Assembly: GCA_045863235.1 (NCBI GenBank) | Contig: BTUM01000113.1 | Span: 1-21,792 of the forward strand | Length of the DNA: 21,792 nucleotides | From: Candidatus Xenobia bacterium | GTDB lineage: Bacteria > Vulcanimicrobiota > Xenobia > Xenobiales > QWHO01 | Direction of reading: 5' to 3' | Shown: positions 1 to 7,956 of the stretch, in pieces | Layout of the letters: every line of letters begins with the position of its first letter | Position numbering within the stretch: the first letter of the stretch is position 1 | Notes under the pieces: generated by a model | What the model was told of the DNA's origin: nothing | Databases searched by the model: none | Seen by the model: only the letters and a program-made list of their open reading frames with translations | Position numbers and translations under genes: made by a program

Positions 1-51
1 AAACTCGCGTGGTTACGGCCTCCGCAGTCTCTCTCTTGACACGCATCAGAA

Positions 52-330
52 ATGCTGACCCCGCTCATCGGGCTGGGGGTTGGAGCGCTGGTCGCCAGCG
101 GCCCGTTCAAGATCAAGGGAAAACGATTGAGTGAGTATCTCAGCCCCTTCCAGGTGAAAGAGGGCGATGATGAGGCCACCCGCAAGAGCAAGAACCTCAA
201 AAATTGGGGCGTTCGCCTGACGGCTGGCGCGGTGGCTGGCCTGCTGGCCATGAATTTCGCCGGCCCGGCCATCGTGCTGGGCTCGGCCGGGGCCGGGCTG
301 GTCGCCGGCTGGAAACTGGGCGGACGCTGA
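52..330 (+). CDS. Small hypothetical membrane protein (92 aa) with glycine-rich hydrophobic segments
   Basis: GC3-rich codon usage; hydrophobic N-terminus (LIGLGVGALVA) and C-terminal GAVAG...GSAGAGLVAG glycine-zipper-like helices. An in-frame TGA at 37-39 bounds it upstream. No clear RBS. Confidence 0.6.
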   Translation: MLTPLIGLGVGALVASGPFKIKGKRLSEYLSPFQVKEGDDEATRKSKNLKNWGVRLTAGAVAGLLAMNFAGPAIVLGSAGAGLVAGWKLGGR

Positions 331-333
331 CCC

Positions 334-382
334 GACGGGGCGACACCAGCGATCGGCTGGAGCAGCGCGGCGCCGTCTTTTT
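334..382 (+). terminator. Possible intrinsic terminator after the small membrane protein gene
   Basis: GACGG(334-338)/CCGTC(373-377) outer stem with inner CCAGC/GCTGG stem (346-360), followed by TTTTT (378-382). The stem is irregular. Confidence 0.25.
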
Positions 383-509
383 CTAATCACTTCGGTCCCT
401 CGAGATTGAAGCTTCCTCCACCTCGGGAGGAGATAGCCCCGGCGCAGGGCGAAGGGCGGGCGCGGAAAAAGCACACATGTTCGAAAAAGGACTCGTCCGA
501 ACACCGGGC

Positions 510-553
510 GAATAACCTGGAAATTTTTGAAAATTCTGGTCAGGAGGTTATTC
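510..553 (+). promoter_or_regulatory. Inverted repeat overlapping the RBS of the 558 gene, enclosing an AT-rich palindrome
   Basis: GAATAACCT(510-518)/AGGTTATTC(545-553) is a perfect 9-bp inverted repeat overlapping AGGAGG(542-547). It encloses AATTTT-tg-AAAATT (522-535). Confidence 0.45.
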
Positions 554-557
554 AAGC

Positions 558-1328
558 ATGAAGTCCGCCCTGCGGTTCGCAGTCGCCCTCGGGTTGGGGG
601 TGGCGCTGTTCTCCCCGAGCACTTCGTGGGCCCAAGAGCCCTCCCAGCCGCTGGCCGGCCCTGATGTGGTCGACCGCGAGATCGAGCGGGGCGAGACCGT
701 GGGTCAGCCCCCGGTGTCGCAGCCGCGCCCGGTGGTGGTCCCTCCGCCTCCGGCCCCTGTGATCAAGACCGAGGTCTATCAGAAGCCCGATTGCAAGACG
801 ATGACCGGACGCCCCTGCTGGGCCACCCGCGACATCAGCGGCACCGGCTACTCGGTGATGCGCCCCGTCAACCGCTATATGGACAACGGCCGCATCGTCC
901 TGTCGGCCCCAAACGACGACTGGGTTCGTAACAATCAGCCCGGTGGCGACCTGAACCTGTTCAGCGAGCAGCGCAGCGCGCGCATGTTCGTGTGGGCGGA
1001 TCAGATCCAGAGCGGCATGTCACCCCAGCGCGCCATCAACAACTTCATCAGCGGCACCAAGGCTGCTGTCTGCGGCGAGTGGAAAGGTCCCGAGCCCTTC
1101 AACGTGGCCGGCATCCCCGTCTACAAAGGCTGGGGCTATGACGTGTTCGGCAACTACTACTTCGAGGTCTACAGCTGGCAGCGCTACGGGATGCAGTACA
1201 CCCTGGCCACCCGCACTCCCTACACCAACCGGTGGGACGTCGGGCTGAACTCGGACGTGGCCTACTTCATCACTCACGCTCACCCCTCCACCAGCTCGGT
1301 GCTGGCCTCGCTGAAGCGGAAGAGGTAA
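558..1328 (+). CDS. Exported hypothetical protein (256 aa): Sec signal peptide, Pro-rich linker, C-terminal domain possibly PsbP/Mog1-like
   Basis: RBS AGGAGG at 542-547; signal peptide MKSALRFAVALGLGVALFSPSTSWA|Q; PVVVPPPPAP linker; coding-like codon usage. The fold assignment is only a pattern-based guess. Confidence 0.85.
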   Translation: MKSALRFAVALGLGVALFSPSTSWAQEPSQPLAGPDVVDREIERGETVGQPPVSQPRPVVVPPPPAPVIKTEVYQKPDCKTMTGRPCWATRDISGTGYSVMRPVNRYMDNGRIVLSAPNDDWVRNNQPGGDLNLFSEQRSARMFVWADQIQSGMSPQRAINNFISGTKAAVCGEWKGPEPFNVAGIPVYKGWGYDVFGNYYFEVYSWQRYGMQYTLATRTPYTNRWDVGLNSDVAYFITHAHPSTSSVLASLKRKR

Positions 1329-1383
1329 AGCCCTGCCAACATATCCTGGCACCCTCCGGCAGTGGGGGGCCCTGCTCTTCCTG

Positions 1384-2244
1384 ATGGGAATGACCGGGTC
1401 TCTCGCTGCCGGTCCGTTATCTGAGCGAATTCTGTTCGTGAGCAGGCCCACCGGCAAGGACCGCATCTACATGATGCGCTCGGACGGGCGCGATCTCGAG
1501 CGCCTGATCGACCTGCCCGCCGATACCTCCGAGCCCTCCCTCTCCCTGGCGGCCGAAGCGGTGGCTTTTGAGAGCGACCTGGACGGCAACGAAGAGATCT
1601 ATCGCGTGAATCTCGAGGGCGAGAACCTGCAGCGCCTGACCGACTCGCTCTCGGCCGACCGCCATCCGAGCTGGTCGCCGGACGGAAAGCGCATCGTCTT
1701 CTCCAGCTCGCGCTGGGGTCAGCCCGAGCTGGCCCTGATGGGGGCCGAAGGGGGCGAGGTCACCCGGCTCACCTTCGATCAGATGGTCAACGTGCGCCCG
1801 GTCTGGTCCCCCACCGGCGAATGGATCGCTTACGTGTCTTATCGGGGGGGCTCGGCCGACATCTGGGCCCGCCAGCTCGAGACGGGCGAGAGCCTGCGCC
1901 TGACCTACAACAGCATTCAGGACACCACGCCGGCCTGGTCGCCGGACGGGCGCCGACTGGTCTACAAGGCCCGTCACTACTGGGGCCATTGCCTGGCCAT
2001 CGTGAGCCTGGACGAGCCCGACGAGCAGCTCGATTTCGCCAGAGATCAAGCCAAAGCGCGCGATCCGGTCTTCAGCCCCGATGGGCGCTTCGTCCTGTTT
2101 GCCACCCCGGAGGGCATGTTCCGCAGCGAGCTCAAGGACGGCGTGCCTCAGCCGGCGGTTCCCCAGGCCGTGCCCACGCCGCGCTTCGAGCCGCTCTACG
2201 AGTTTCGCGAGCTGGAGTGGGGGCGCTGCCCGCTGCCCTGGTAG
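1384..2244 (+). CDS. TolB-like beta-propeller (PD40-repeat) protein; true start may be CTG at 1333
   Basis: Repeated PSWSPDGKRIVFSS, PVWSPTGEWIAYVS, PAWSPDGRRLVY and PVFSPDGRFVLF motifs. No TolB N-terminal domain and no tolQRA/pal neighbours. Confidence 0.88.
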   Translation: MGMTGSLAAGPLSERILFVSRPTGKDRIYMMRSDGRDLERLIDLPADTSEPSLSLAAEAVAFESDLDGNEEIYRVNLEGENLQRLTDSLSADRHPSWSPDGKRIVFSSSRWGQPELALMGAEGGEVTRLTFDQMVNVRPVWSPTGEWIAYVSYRGGSADIWARQLETGESLRLTYNSIQDTTPAWSPDGRRLVYKARHYWGHCLAIVSLDEPDEQLDFARDQAKARDPVFSPDGRFVLFATPEGMFRSELKDGVPQPAVPQAVPTPRFEPLYEFRELEWGRCPLPW

Positions 2245-2262
2245 CCTGGCCGCCCCCACCCC

Positions 2263-2895
2263 TCACAAGGCCAGCATGGCCTCGCGCAGGCGCTCGGTGG
2301 CGGCCTGAACCTGACTTTTGATGCTCTCGCCCGGCCTGGGAGCTCCAAAGTCCAGCGGCGGACCGAAGCGGATCGACTTGGGGTGAAAGCGGATGAATTT
2401 CTTTCCCAGCGGCAAGAAGCCATCGGTGCCGCGCATGCGGGCCGGAATCACCGGGCAGCGCTCGCGCAGAGCCAGCATGGCCACACCCGGGTAAAGGGGC
2501 AGCAACTCCCCGTCCGGACTGATGCGGCCCTCGGGATAGACCACCAGGCCCTGCTCGTTGCGTAGCAGCGCGCGCGCGTGGGCGATGGCATTCTGGTCCC
2601 ACTCTCCCCGACGCACGGGAAACGATTGCAGAAATCGGATGGTAGGCCCCACCCAGGTCATCTGGTGCAACTCCTCGGCGGCCATGTAGAACAGGGGTCT
2701 TGGACTGGCCACCAGCATGGCCAGCGGATCGGCCAGGCTCAGGTGGTTGCAGGCCACCAGCACCCGTCCCGAGCGGGGCAGGTTGTCCACGCCCTGGATG
2801 CGGTAACCGCCGAAGCCGCGGTAGATGAGCCCCACCCCAAAACGGATCAGGGGCAGCCAGTAGCGAGCGTAGAGCGGGTCGGGAGTCAGGCGCAT
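2263..2895 (-). CDS. plsC: Lysophospholipid (1-acyl-sn-glycerol-3-phosphate) acyltransferase family protein
   Basis: NHLSLAD (HxxxxD), FPVRR, YPEGR and CPVIP acyltransferase blocks. Start placed at ATG 2895 (MRLTPDP); the longer ORF from 2979 would overlap the divergent gene. Confidence 0.85.
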   Translation of the reverse strand: MRLTPDPLYARYWLPLIRFGVGLIYRGFGGYRIQGVDNLPRSGRVLVACNHLSLADPLAMLVASPRPLFYMAAEELHQMTWVGPTIRFLQSFPVRRGEWDQNAIAHARALLRNEQGLVVYPEGRISPDGELLPLYPGVAMLALRERCPVIPARMRGTDGFLPLGKKFIRFHPKSIRFGPPLDFGAPRPGESIKSQVQAATERLREAMLAL

Positions 2896-2957
2896 GCCAG
2901 CCGGATGCTTCTGGCCTGGTCGGGAGGGCCCTGCCGGGCGAGCGGGAACCAGTTTGG

Positions 2958-3581
2958 ATGCTTGAGCTGCTGCCTCCACTGGATCTGCGCGCTCCCGGCC
3001 AGAGTCTGAAGGAAGGCCTCAGCGAGTTACGGGCCCACCAGGCCCGGGTGCTCAAGTCGCGCCACCCCTTGCGGGCCGAGTTGGAAGGATTCACCGCCTG
3101 GCCGCTGGTGCCCGGTCCCTCGGCCTACTATTACCTCGTGCACACTCCTCGTCCTCAGGCCGAGCCAGTGTTGGAGGTGGTACGCCAGCAGCACCGCCAG
3201 ATCGTGGCTCTCTACCGCGAGGCCATGGCCCTGGGCTCGGACGGAGCGGCCTTCGAGCAATTGCTCGGCCGCCACATGGACACCGAGGAGCGCACCCTCT
3301 ACCCGCTCTACCAGAAAATCGTGCAAGAAGAGCGGCTGATCCGCGAGCTGGGTTACGAGCACCTGGGACTGAGGCGAGGACTGCCCGAGTTTCGGCCCTT
3401 TCTTCAGAAGATGGCCGCCGGCGAGACCAGCAAGCGCGACAAAGACGGCTTTGACATCCGCTTCTTCCACCTGTTCGAGCACCACATGGAGCGCGAGGAA
3501 GAGTCGCTATTGCCCGTGCTCGAGCATTTTTGCCCGGTGGAAGCCGCCGAAGCGGCTCGCGAGTTTACTTCGGTTTCTTGA
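2958..3581 (+). CDS. Hemerythrin/HHE cation-binding domain protein
   Basis: [17 protein letters not shown] and [12 protein letters not shown] give the H / HxxxE / H / HxxxE pattern of hemerythrin-like four-helix bundles, after an N-terminal extension of ~70 aa. Confidence 0.8.
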   Translation: MLELLPPLDLRAPGQSLKEGLSELRAHQARVLKSRHPLRAELEGFTAWPLVPGPSAYYYLVHTPRPQAEPVLEVVRQQHRQIVALYREAMALGSDGAAFEQLLGRHMDTEERTLYPLYQKIVQEERLIRELGYEHLGLRRGLPEFRPFLQKMAAGETSKRDKDGFDIRFFHLFEHHMEREEESLLPVLEHFCPVEAAEAAREFTSVS

Positions 3582-3846
3582 GAATGTTCGCTTCGACGTC
3601 ATCGAAGGGAGCGGGGATCACGTGCACGGCGAAAAGCTCGCCCACCCGTCGGGCGGCGGCGGCCCCGGCATCGGTGGCGGCCTGAACGTCGCCCACCGAG
3701 CCGCGGCAGAGCACCGTGATCAGGGCCTGGTCAACGTTCCGCCAACCCATCAGGGTCACGTTGGCTGCCTTCACCATCGCATCGGCCGCTTCGATGGCCG
3801 CGACCAGGCCCTTCGTCTCCACCATGCCCAAGGCTTCACTGCTCAT
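3565..3846 (-). CDS. Bacterial microcompartment hexameric shell protein (BMC-H, EutM/PduA/CcmK-like), 93 aa
   Basis: [30 protein letters not shown]...[30 protein letters not shown] matches the BMC domain. Start placed at ATG 3846. Confidence 0.95.
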   Translation of the reverse strand: MSSEALGMVETKGLVAAIEAADAMVKAANVTLMGWRNVDQALITVLCRGSVGDVQAATDAGAAAARRVGELFAVHVIPAPFDDVEANILKKPK

Positions 3847-3972
3847 AGGCGCCCATACTTTGCGGCCCGAAGGACGAGTCCTGCCGGACCGGCCTTCGAC
3901 CTGGGGCAACCAGGCAGGGTGGCTTGAAGAGTTCTCAAGCCACCGCTGTGGACCCAGATGATGGAAGAGCCC

Positions 3973-4803
3973 TTACCAGGGCCCGTCCTTGAAGGTGAGC
4001 TTGATCGGCTCGGAGGTCGCGATCTGGCCATTGCTCCAGGTGACCTCCAGCACCACCTGGTGCTCACCCGGTCCGGTGACCCGCTCGGTCTGCTTCTCGT
4101 TGCGGTAGGTGTTCCACAGCACGTTGGAGAGGTTTCCTCTCTGGGAAGCGACCAGGATCTGGTCGATATAGACCCTGACCCAGGGCTCTTCATCCTTCGG
4201 TGTAGCCTCGCACGAGAAGAAGATCTTCTCTTCCTCTTTCAGGTGCGAGCCGCTGGCGGGCGTAAGAATTTTGACCGAGCAGGGCAGCAGTTTGACCCTG
4301 GCTCCCGGCTTGGCGACAGGCGTGTCCAGGTCGACAAAGGCGTCCAGCGGGGTGCCCGCGGGAATGTCGATGTCATCCCCCTCCATGAAAATGAAGGCCC
4401 AGGAGAGCAGAATGCCGCCCACGATCACGGCCGTCTCCTGATCGGCTGCGGTGGCCGCCCGCACCGCTCTGAGGGGCACCGAGGTGCCGTCCGCGGCCAC
4501 CACCGTCTCGAGCGAGATGTCCAGAGCCCCGGAGCGACCGAAGAAACCGCTCCCCTCGGATTTGAGCACCTTGCCCCTGGCGTCGGCGCCCCGGGCGATC
4601 AAGACCTGGCCCTGCGGCCCGAGCACGTCCCGGTCCACCTTGTAGCGCACCACCGAGCCGGCCGGCACCTCGCCGGACACCAGGCGGTCGACCGTGGTCA
4701 GGAGCAGGGGGGTTCCTTCCTTGAGCACCACCGGCTGGGCCAGGGCCGGCTGGAGAGCGAAGGCGAGAATCAGCAGCCAGATACGAACGATGAAATGCGA
4801 CAT
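3973..4803 (-). CDS. Exported hypothetical protein (276 aa): TrbI/VirB10-like beta domain plus C-terminal Ig-like domain
   Basis: Signal peptide ...LLILAFALQPALA|Q; LKEGTPL..., VLIARGADARGKV, GFFGRSGALDISL and DIDIPAGTPL pattern with a hydrophobic hairpin; C-terminal VKILTPASGS...GPGEHQVVLEV Ig-like strand pattern. Confidence 0.75.
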   Translation of the reverse strand: MSHFIVRIWLLILAFALQPALAQPVVLKEGTPLLLTTVDRLVSGEVPAGSVVRYKVDRDVLGPQGQVLIARGADARGKVLKSEGSGFFGRSGALDISLETVVAADGTSVPLRAVRAATAADQETAVIVGGILLSWAFIFMEGDDIDIPAGTPLDAFVDLDTPVAKPGARVKLLPCSVKILTPASGSHLKEEEKIFFSCEATPKDEEPWVRVYIDQILVASQRGNLSNVLWNTYRNEKQTERVTGPGEHQVVLEVTWSNGQIATSEPIKLTFKDGPW

Positions 4804-4893
4804 GGCGGCTGCTTCTCCAGCCCGGTTCGATCACCTCGCATCCAGGAGCTGGCCCCCCTGAGGGGGTGACGAAGATTACGCCCGATGAATGGA

Positions 4894-5979
4894 CTATCCC
4901 AGCGGGTGGGGACCCTTCTCCTGATAAGGCGAGTGGGTCAGGAACTCAAAGCCATCCCCGGTCACCACCACGCTGTCCTCGACCCGGCAGCCGCCCACGC
5001 CGGGCAGGTAGATCCCCGGCTCCACGGTCACCACCATCCCCGGCTCGAGCACCGTCTCCACCCCCGGACGAACGCGGGGCAGCTCGTGCACGGCCAGCCC
5101 CACACCGTGGCCCAGGCCGTGCGAGAAGGCCTCCCCGTAGCCGGCCTCGGCGATCAGATCGCGGGCCACGCTGTCCACGTCGCCCGCCTTCACTCCGGGG
5201 CGGATGGCGTCCAGAGCCGCCCGATGGGCCCTGCGCACCACCCGGTACAGCTTCTCTTGCTCGCCCTCCAGCTCACCGAGCCAGATGGTGCGGGTGATGT
5301 CGGAGTTGTAGCCGTCGGCCAGGGCTCCGAAGTCGACCGTGATCAGCTCGCCGGCTTGAATGGAGCGGTCGGTGACCCCGGCGTGAGGATAAGCCCCGTT
5401 CGGACCCGAGGCCACGATGGAGTCGAAGGATGGCTTGCGGGCCCCCTCCTTCTGCAGCTGGTGCTCGAGCTCGGCACAGAACTCTTGCTCGGTGATCCCC
5501 ACCTTGAGCATGGGCAGCGCGCGCTGAAAGGCCCGATCGGCGATGGCGGCCACCCGGCGCAACTGCTCGAGCTCGTGGGCGTCCTTGACCTGGCGCAGCT
5601 CCTCCACCAGGTTCTCGGTGGGCTTGAGCTCAGCCCGGTCGCCCAGATCCTGGCGCAGCTCGTCCAGGTCGGCCACGGTCAGGTTGCGGCTTTCGAAACC
5701 GAGCACGCGGGTGCCGTTGAGCCAGGGGGCCACCAGCACTCCCATGCGCTTGTCTCGGGCTGGCAGATACCGAATCAGCTCGACCTGGGGGCAGCTCTCC
5801 TCCACCGCCGCCCAGTAGCGGCCGTCGGTGACCAGCGCCACCCGGTCGGCGGTCACCAGCAGCCAGCCGTAGGAGCCGGTAAAGCCGGACAGATAGCGCC
5901 GGTTCTCACCGGTGCTGACGAGCAGGCCGTCCAGCTTCTCCTCGGCCAGCCTTGAGCGCAGTTTCTCGATTCGGTTCAC
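4894..5979 (-). CDS. Xaa-Pro aminopeptidase/dipeptidase (M24B family)
   Basis: Creatinase-N-like start (NRRYLSGFTGS); metal ligands in DFGA...YNSDITRT, HGLGHGVGLAVHE, TVEPGIY and RVED. GTG start overlaps the dapF stop. Confidence 0.95.
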   Translation of the reverse strand: MNRIEKLRSRLAEEKLDGLLVSTGENRRYLSGFTGSYGWLLVTADRVALVTDGRYWAAVEESCPQVELIRYLPARDKRMGVLVAPWLNGTRVLGFESRNLTVADLDELRQDLGDRAELKPTENLVEELRQVKDAHELEQLRRVAAIADRAFQRALPMLKVGITEQEFCAELEHQLQKEGARKPSFDSIVASGPNGAYPHAGVTDRSIQAGELITVDFGALADGYNSDITRTIWLGELEGEQEKLYRVVRRAHRAALDAIRPGVKAGDVDSVARDLIAEAGYGEAFSHGLGHGVGLAVHELPRVRPGVETVLEPGMVVTVEPGIYLPGVGGCRVEDSVVVTGDGFEFLTHSPYQEKGPHPLG

Positions 5980-6764
5980 GGATCAGGCCTCCAGATTCCT
6001 CGAAAGAGCTCGCGCGCCGGTCCGCGCATCAACATGGTCTCAGCCCAGGTCACCTGCAGGCTGCCCCCGGGCAGGTCCACCCGGGCCGCTCGCTCGGTCC
6101 GGCCGGAAGCCACCGCCGCCGCCAGGGCCGCGCAGGCTCCGCTGCCGCAGGCCAGGGTGGCCCCCGCGCCGCGCTCGTAGACCTGCACCGCCAGGTGGGT
6201 GGGCGAGAGCACCCGGGTGAACTCTACGTTCACCTCGCCCAGCGGGCCGTGCTGCTGCAGATACGGTCCCCGCTGCGAGAGCTCGACGGGACGGTCCACG
6301 AACACCACCAGGTGGGGGTTGCCCATGGACACCCCCCAGCCCTCCCCATCGCTCACCTCGACCGGCACCGGCTCGCTCGCAAGACCTTCCGGGGAAAGGC
6401 CTCGAGGAGCGCCCATGTCCACCTCCACCTCGTCTGATACGAAGCGGGCCCGGCGCAGGCCGGAAGGGGTCTGGAAGCTGACCTCGGAGCCCTGGCTGAC
6501 GCCCTCGCGCCGGACATAGAGCGCCAGGCAGCGAAGCGCATTGCCGCAGGTCGAGGCCGGCGAGCCGTCGCGGTTGAAGATCTCCATGGCCAGACCCTGG
6601 CCGTTGCCGCGCAGCAGCACCAAACCATCGGCCCCGACTCCAAAATGAGGAGCGCACACAGCCCGGGCCAGGGCTGCCGGATCGCCCTCGAGCCCCGAGC
6701 GCGCATCCACGATCACGAAATCGTTGCCCAGCCCCTCCCACTTGGCGAAGGGAAGGCCGTTCAC
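5976..6764 (-). CDS. dapF: Diaminopimelate epimerase
   Basis: GLGNDF, GVGADG, NRDGS...CGNALRC, MGNPH, NVEF and ERGAGATLACGSGACA; both catalytic Cys are present. Confidence 0.97.
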   Translation of the reverse strand: MNGLPFAKWEGLGNDFVIVDARSGLEGDPAALARAVCAPHFGVGADGLVLLRGNGQGLAMEIFNRDGSPASTCGNALRCLALYVRREGVSQGSEVSFQTPSGLRRARFVSDEVEVDMGAPRGLSPEGLASEPVPVEVSDGEGWGVSMGNPHLVVFVDRPVELSQRGPYLQQHGPLGEVNVEFTRVLSPTHLAVQVYERGAGATLACGSGACAALAAAVASGRTERAARVDLPGGSLQVTWAETMLMRGPARELFRGIWRPDP

Positions 6765-7063
6765 ACGTGGGCCGGGGGAGTCTCTTTGCTGGCTTCCCGA
6801 GAACCGCCCCCCTTGGCCTCCTTGAACGCCTCGCGCAGGAAGTCGGTGCTCATGGGACGGCTGGGGCTGACAGTGGTCACCGAGTGCTTGTAGACCATCT
6901 GCAAGCGGCCCTCATCCTCCAGGAAGATGGTGAAGTTGTCATAACCGCGCACCACGCCCTTGAGCTGGACCCCTTTGGAGAGGAACACCACCACGATCTG
7001 TCCCTCTTTCTTGAGCTGTGCCAGAAACGCGTCTTGCAGGTTCAACATCTTTGTTTCTCCCAT
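6761..7063 (-). CDS. hfq: RNA chaperone Hfq (start 7063 or 7048)
   Basis: NLQDAFL, GVQLKG, YDNFTI and MVYKHSVTT Sm1/Sm2 motifs; directly downstream of miaA. Confidence 0.96.
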   Translation of the reverse strand: MGETKMLNLQDAFLAQLKKEGQIVVVFLSKGVQLKGVVRGYDNFTIFLEDEGRLQMVYKHSVTTVSPSRPMSTDFLREAFKEAKGGGSREASKETPPAHV

Positions 7064-7956
7064 TCCCGGATGAGTTCGAGCGCCTGAGCGAGCGGATCGC
7101 CCTCGGCCTCCAACCAGTGTATGTCTGTCTCCCGGCGAAACCAGGTGAGCTGGCGCTTGGCGTAACGACGCGTGTTGCGCTCGAGCTCGAGGCTGGCTTG
7201 CTGCAAACTCTTCTTCTGCTCCACCACGTCCAGCATCTCGGGGTAGCCGATCAGCCGCAGACGGCGCAAAGAAGGGCCGTAACCCTTCTCGGCCAGCGCG
7301 CGCACCTCCTCCAGAAAGCCATCCTCCAGCATCTGGCGGGTGCGCAGCGCGATGCGCTGGTGCAGTTTCTCGAGCGGCCAGCGCAGGCCCAGCATCAGCG
7401 AGTCGAGCCCCGGGTCGGTGGTGGCGTAGTGAGCCGAGAAGGGGACGCCGGTCTGGCGAAAGACCTCAACCGCCCGCACCACTCGGCGGGGATTTTGCCG
7501 GTCGACGCGCTGGTAGGCCACCGGATCGACCCGCTCGAGCTCGGCCAGCAGCTCCTCCAGCGGGGTGGCCTTCAGCTGCTCGCGCAGAGCCGGGTCGGGA
7601 GCAGCCTCGGGCAGGGTGTAGCCGCGCAGGAGAGCCCGCACGTAGAGTCCCGTCCCCCCCACGATGAGCGGCAGCCTGCCCCGCGAGCAGATCTGCTCCA
7701 CCGCCTGGCGAGCCAGCGCCTGAAAATCGGCTACCGAGAAGGACTCGCTCAGGTCGCACAGGTCGATGAGGTGATGAGGAACGAGGGCCCGCTCGGCAGG
7801 GGTGGGTTTGGCGGTGCCCAGATCCGTCCCCCGGTAGACCAGGGCCGAATCGGCGCTGACGATCTCGAGGGGGATCTCGCGTGCCAGAGCCAGAGCCAGG
7901 GAGGTCTTGCCGCTGGCGGTGGGGCCGACCAGCGCCAGCACGGGCAGTCTGGTCAC
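7042..7956 (-). CDS. miaA: tRNA (adenosine(37)-N6)-dimethylallyltransferase
   Basis: GPTASGKT, SADS..VYRG.D.GTAKP, VGGTGLY, RVVRAVEV and TRRYAKRQLTWFR. Confidence 0.98.
   Translation of the reverse strand: MTRLPVLALVGPTASGKTSLALALAREIPLEIVSADSALVYRGTDLGTAKPTPAERALVPHHLIDLCDLSESFSVADFQALARQAVEQICSRGRLPLIVGGTGLYVRALLRGYTLPEAAPDPALREQLKATPLEELLAELERVDPVAYQRVDRQNPRRVVRAVEVFRQTGVPFSAHYATTDPGLDSLMLGLRWPLEKLHQRIALRTRQMLEDGFLEEVRALAEKGYGPSLRRLRLIGYPEMLDVVEQKKSLQQASLELERNTRRYAKRQLTWFRRETDIHWLEAEGDPLAQALELIREWEKQRC

Noticed and set aside
36..41. TTGACA as a -35 box for the first ORF
   Set aside because: It is only 10 nt before the ATG and has no -10 box at a suitable distance.
1384..2244. Calling this gene tolB
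   Set aside because: Propeller only; no TolB N-terminal domain and no tol-pal context.
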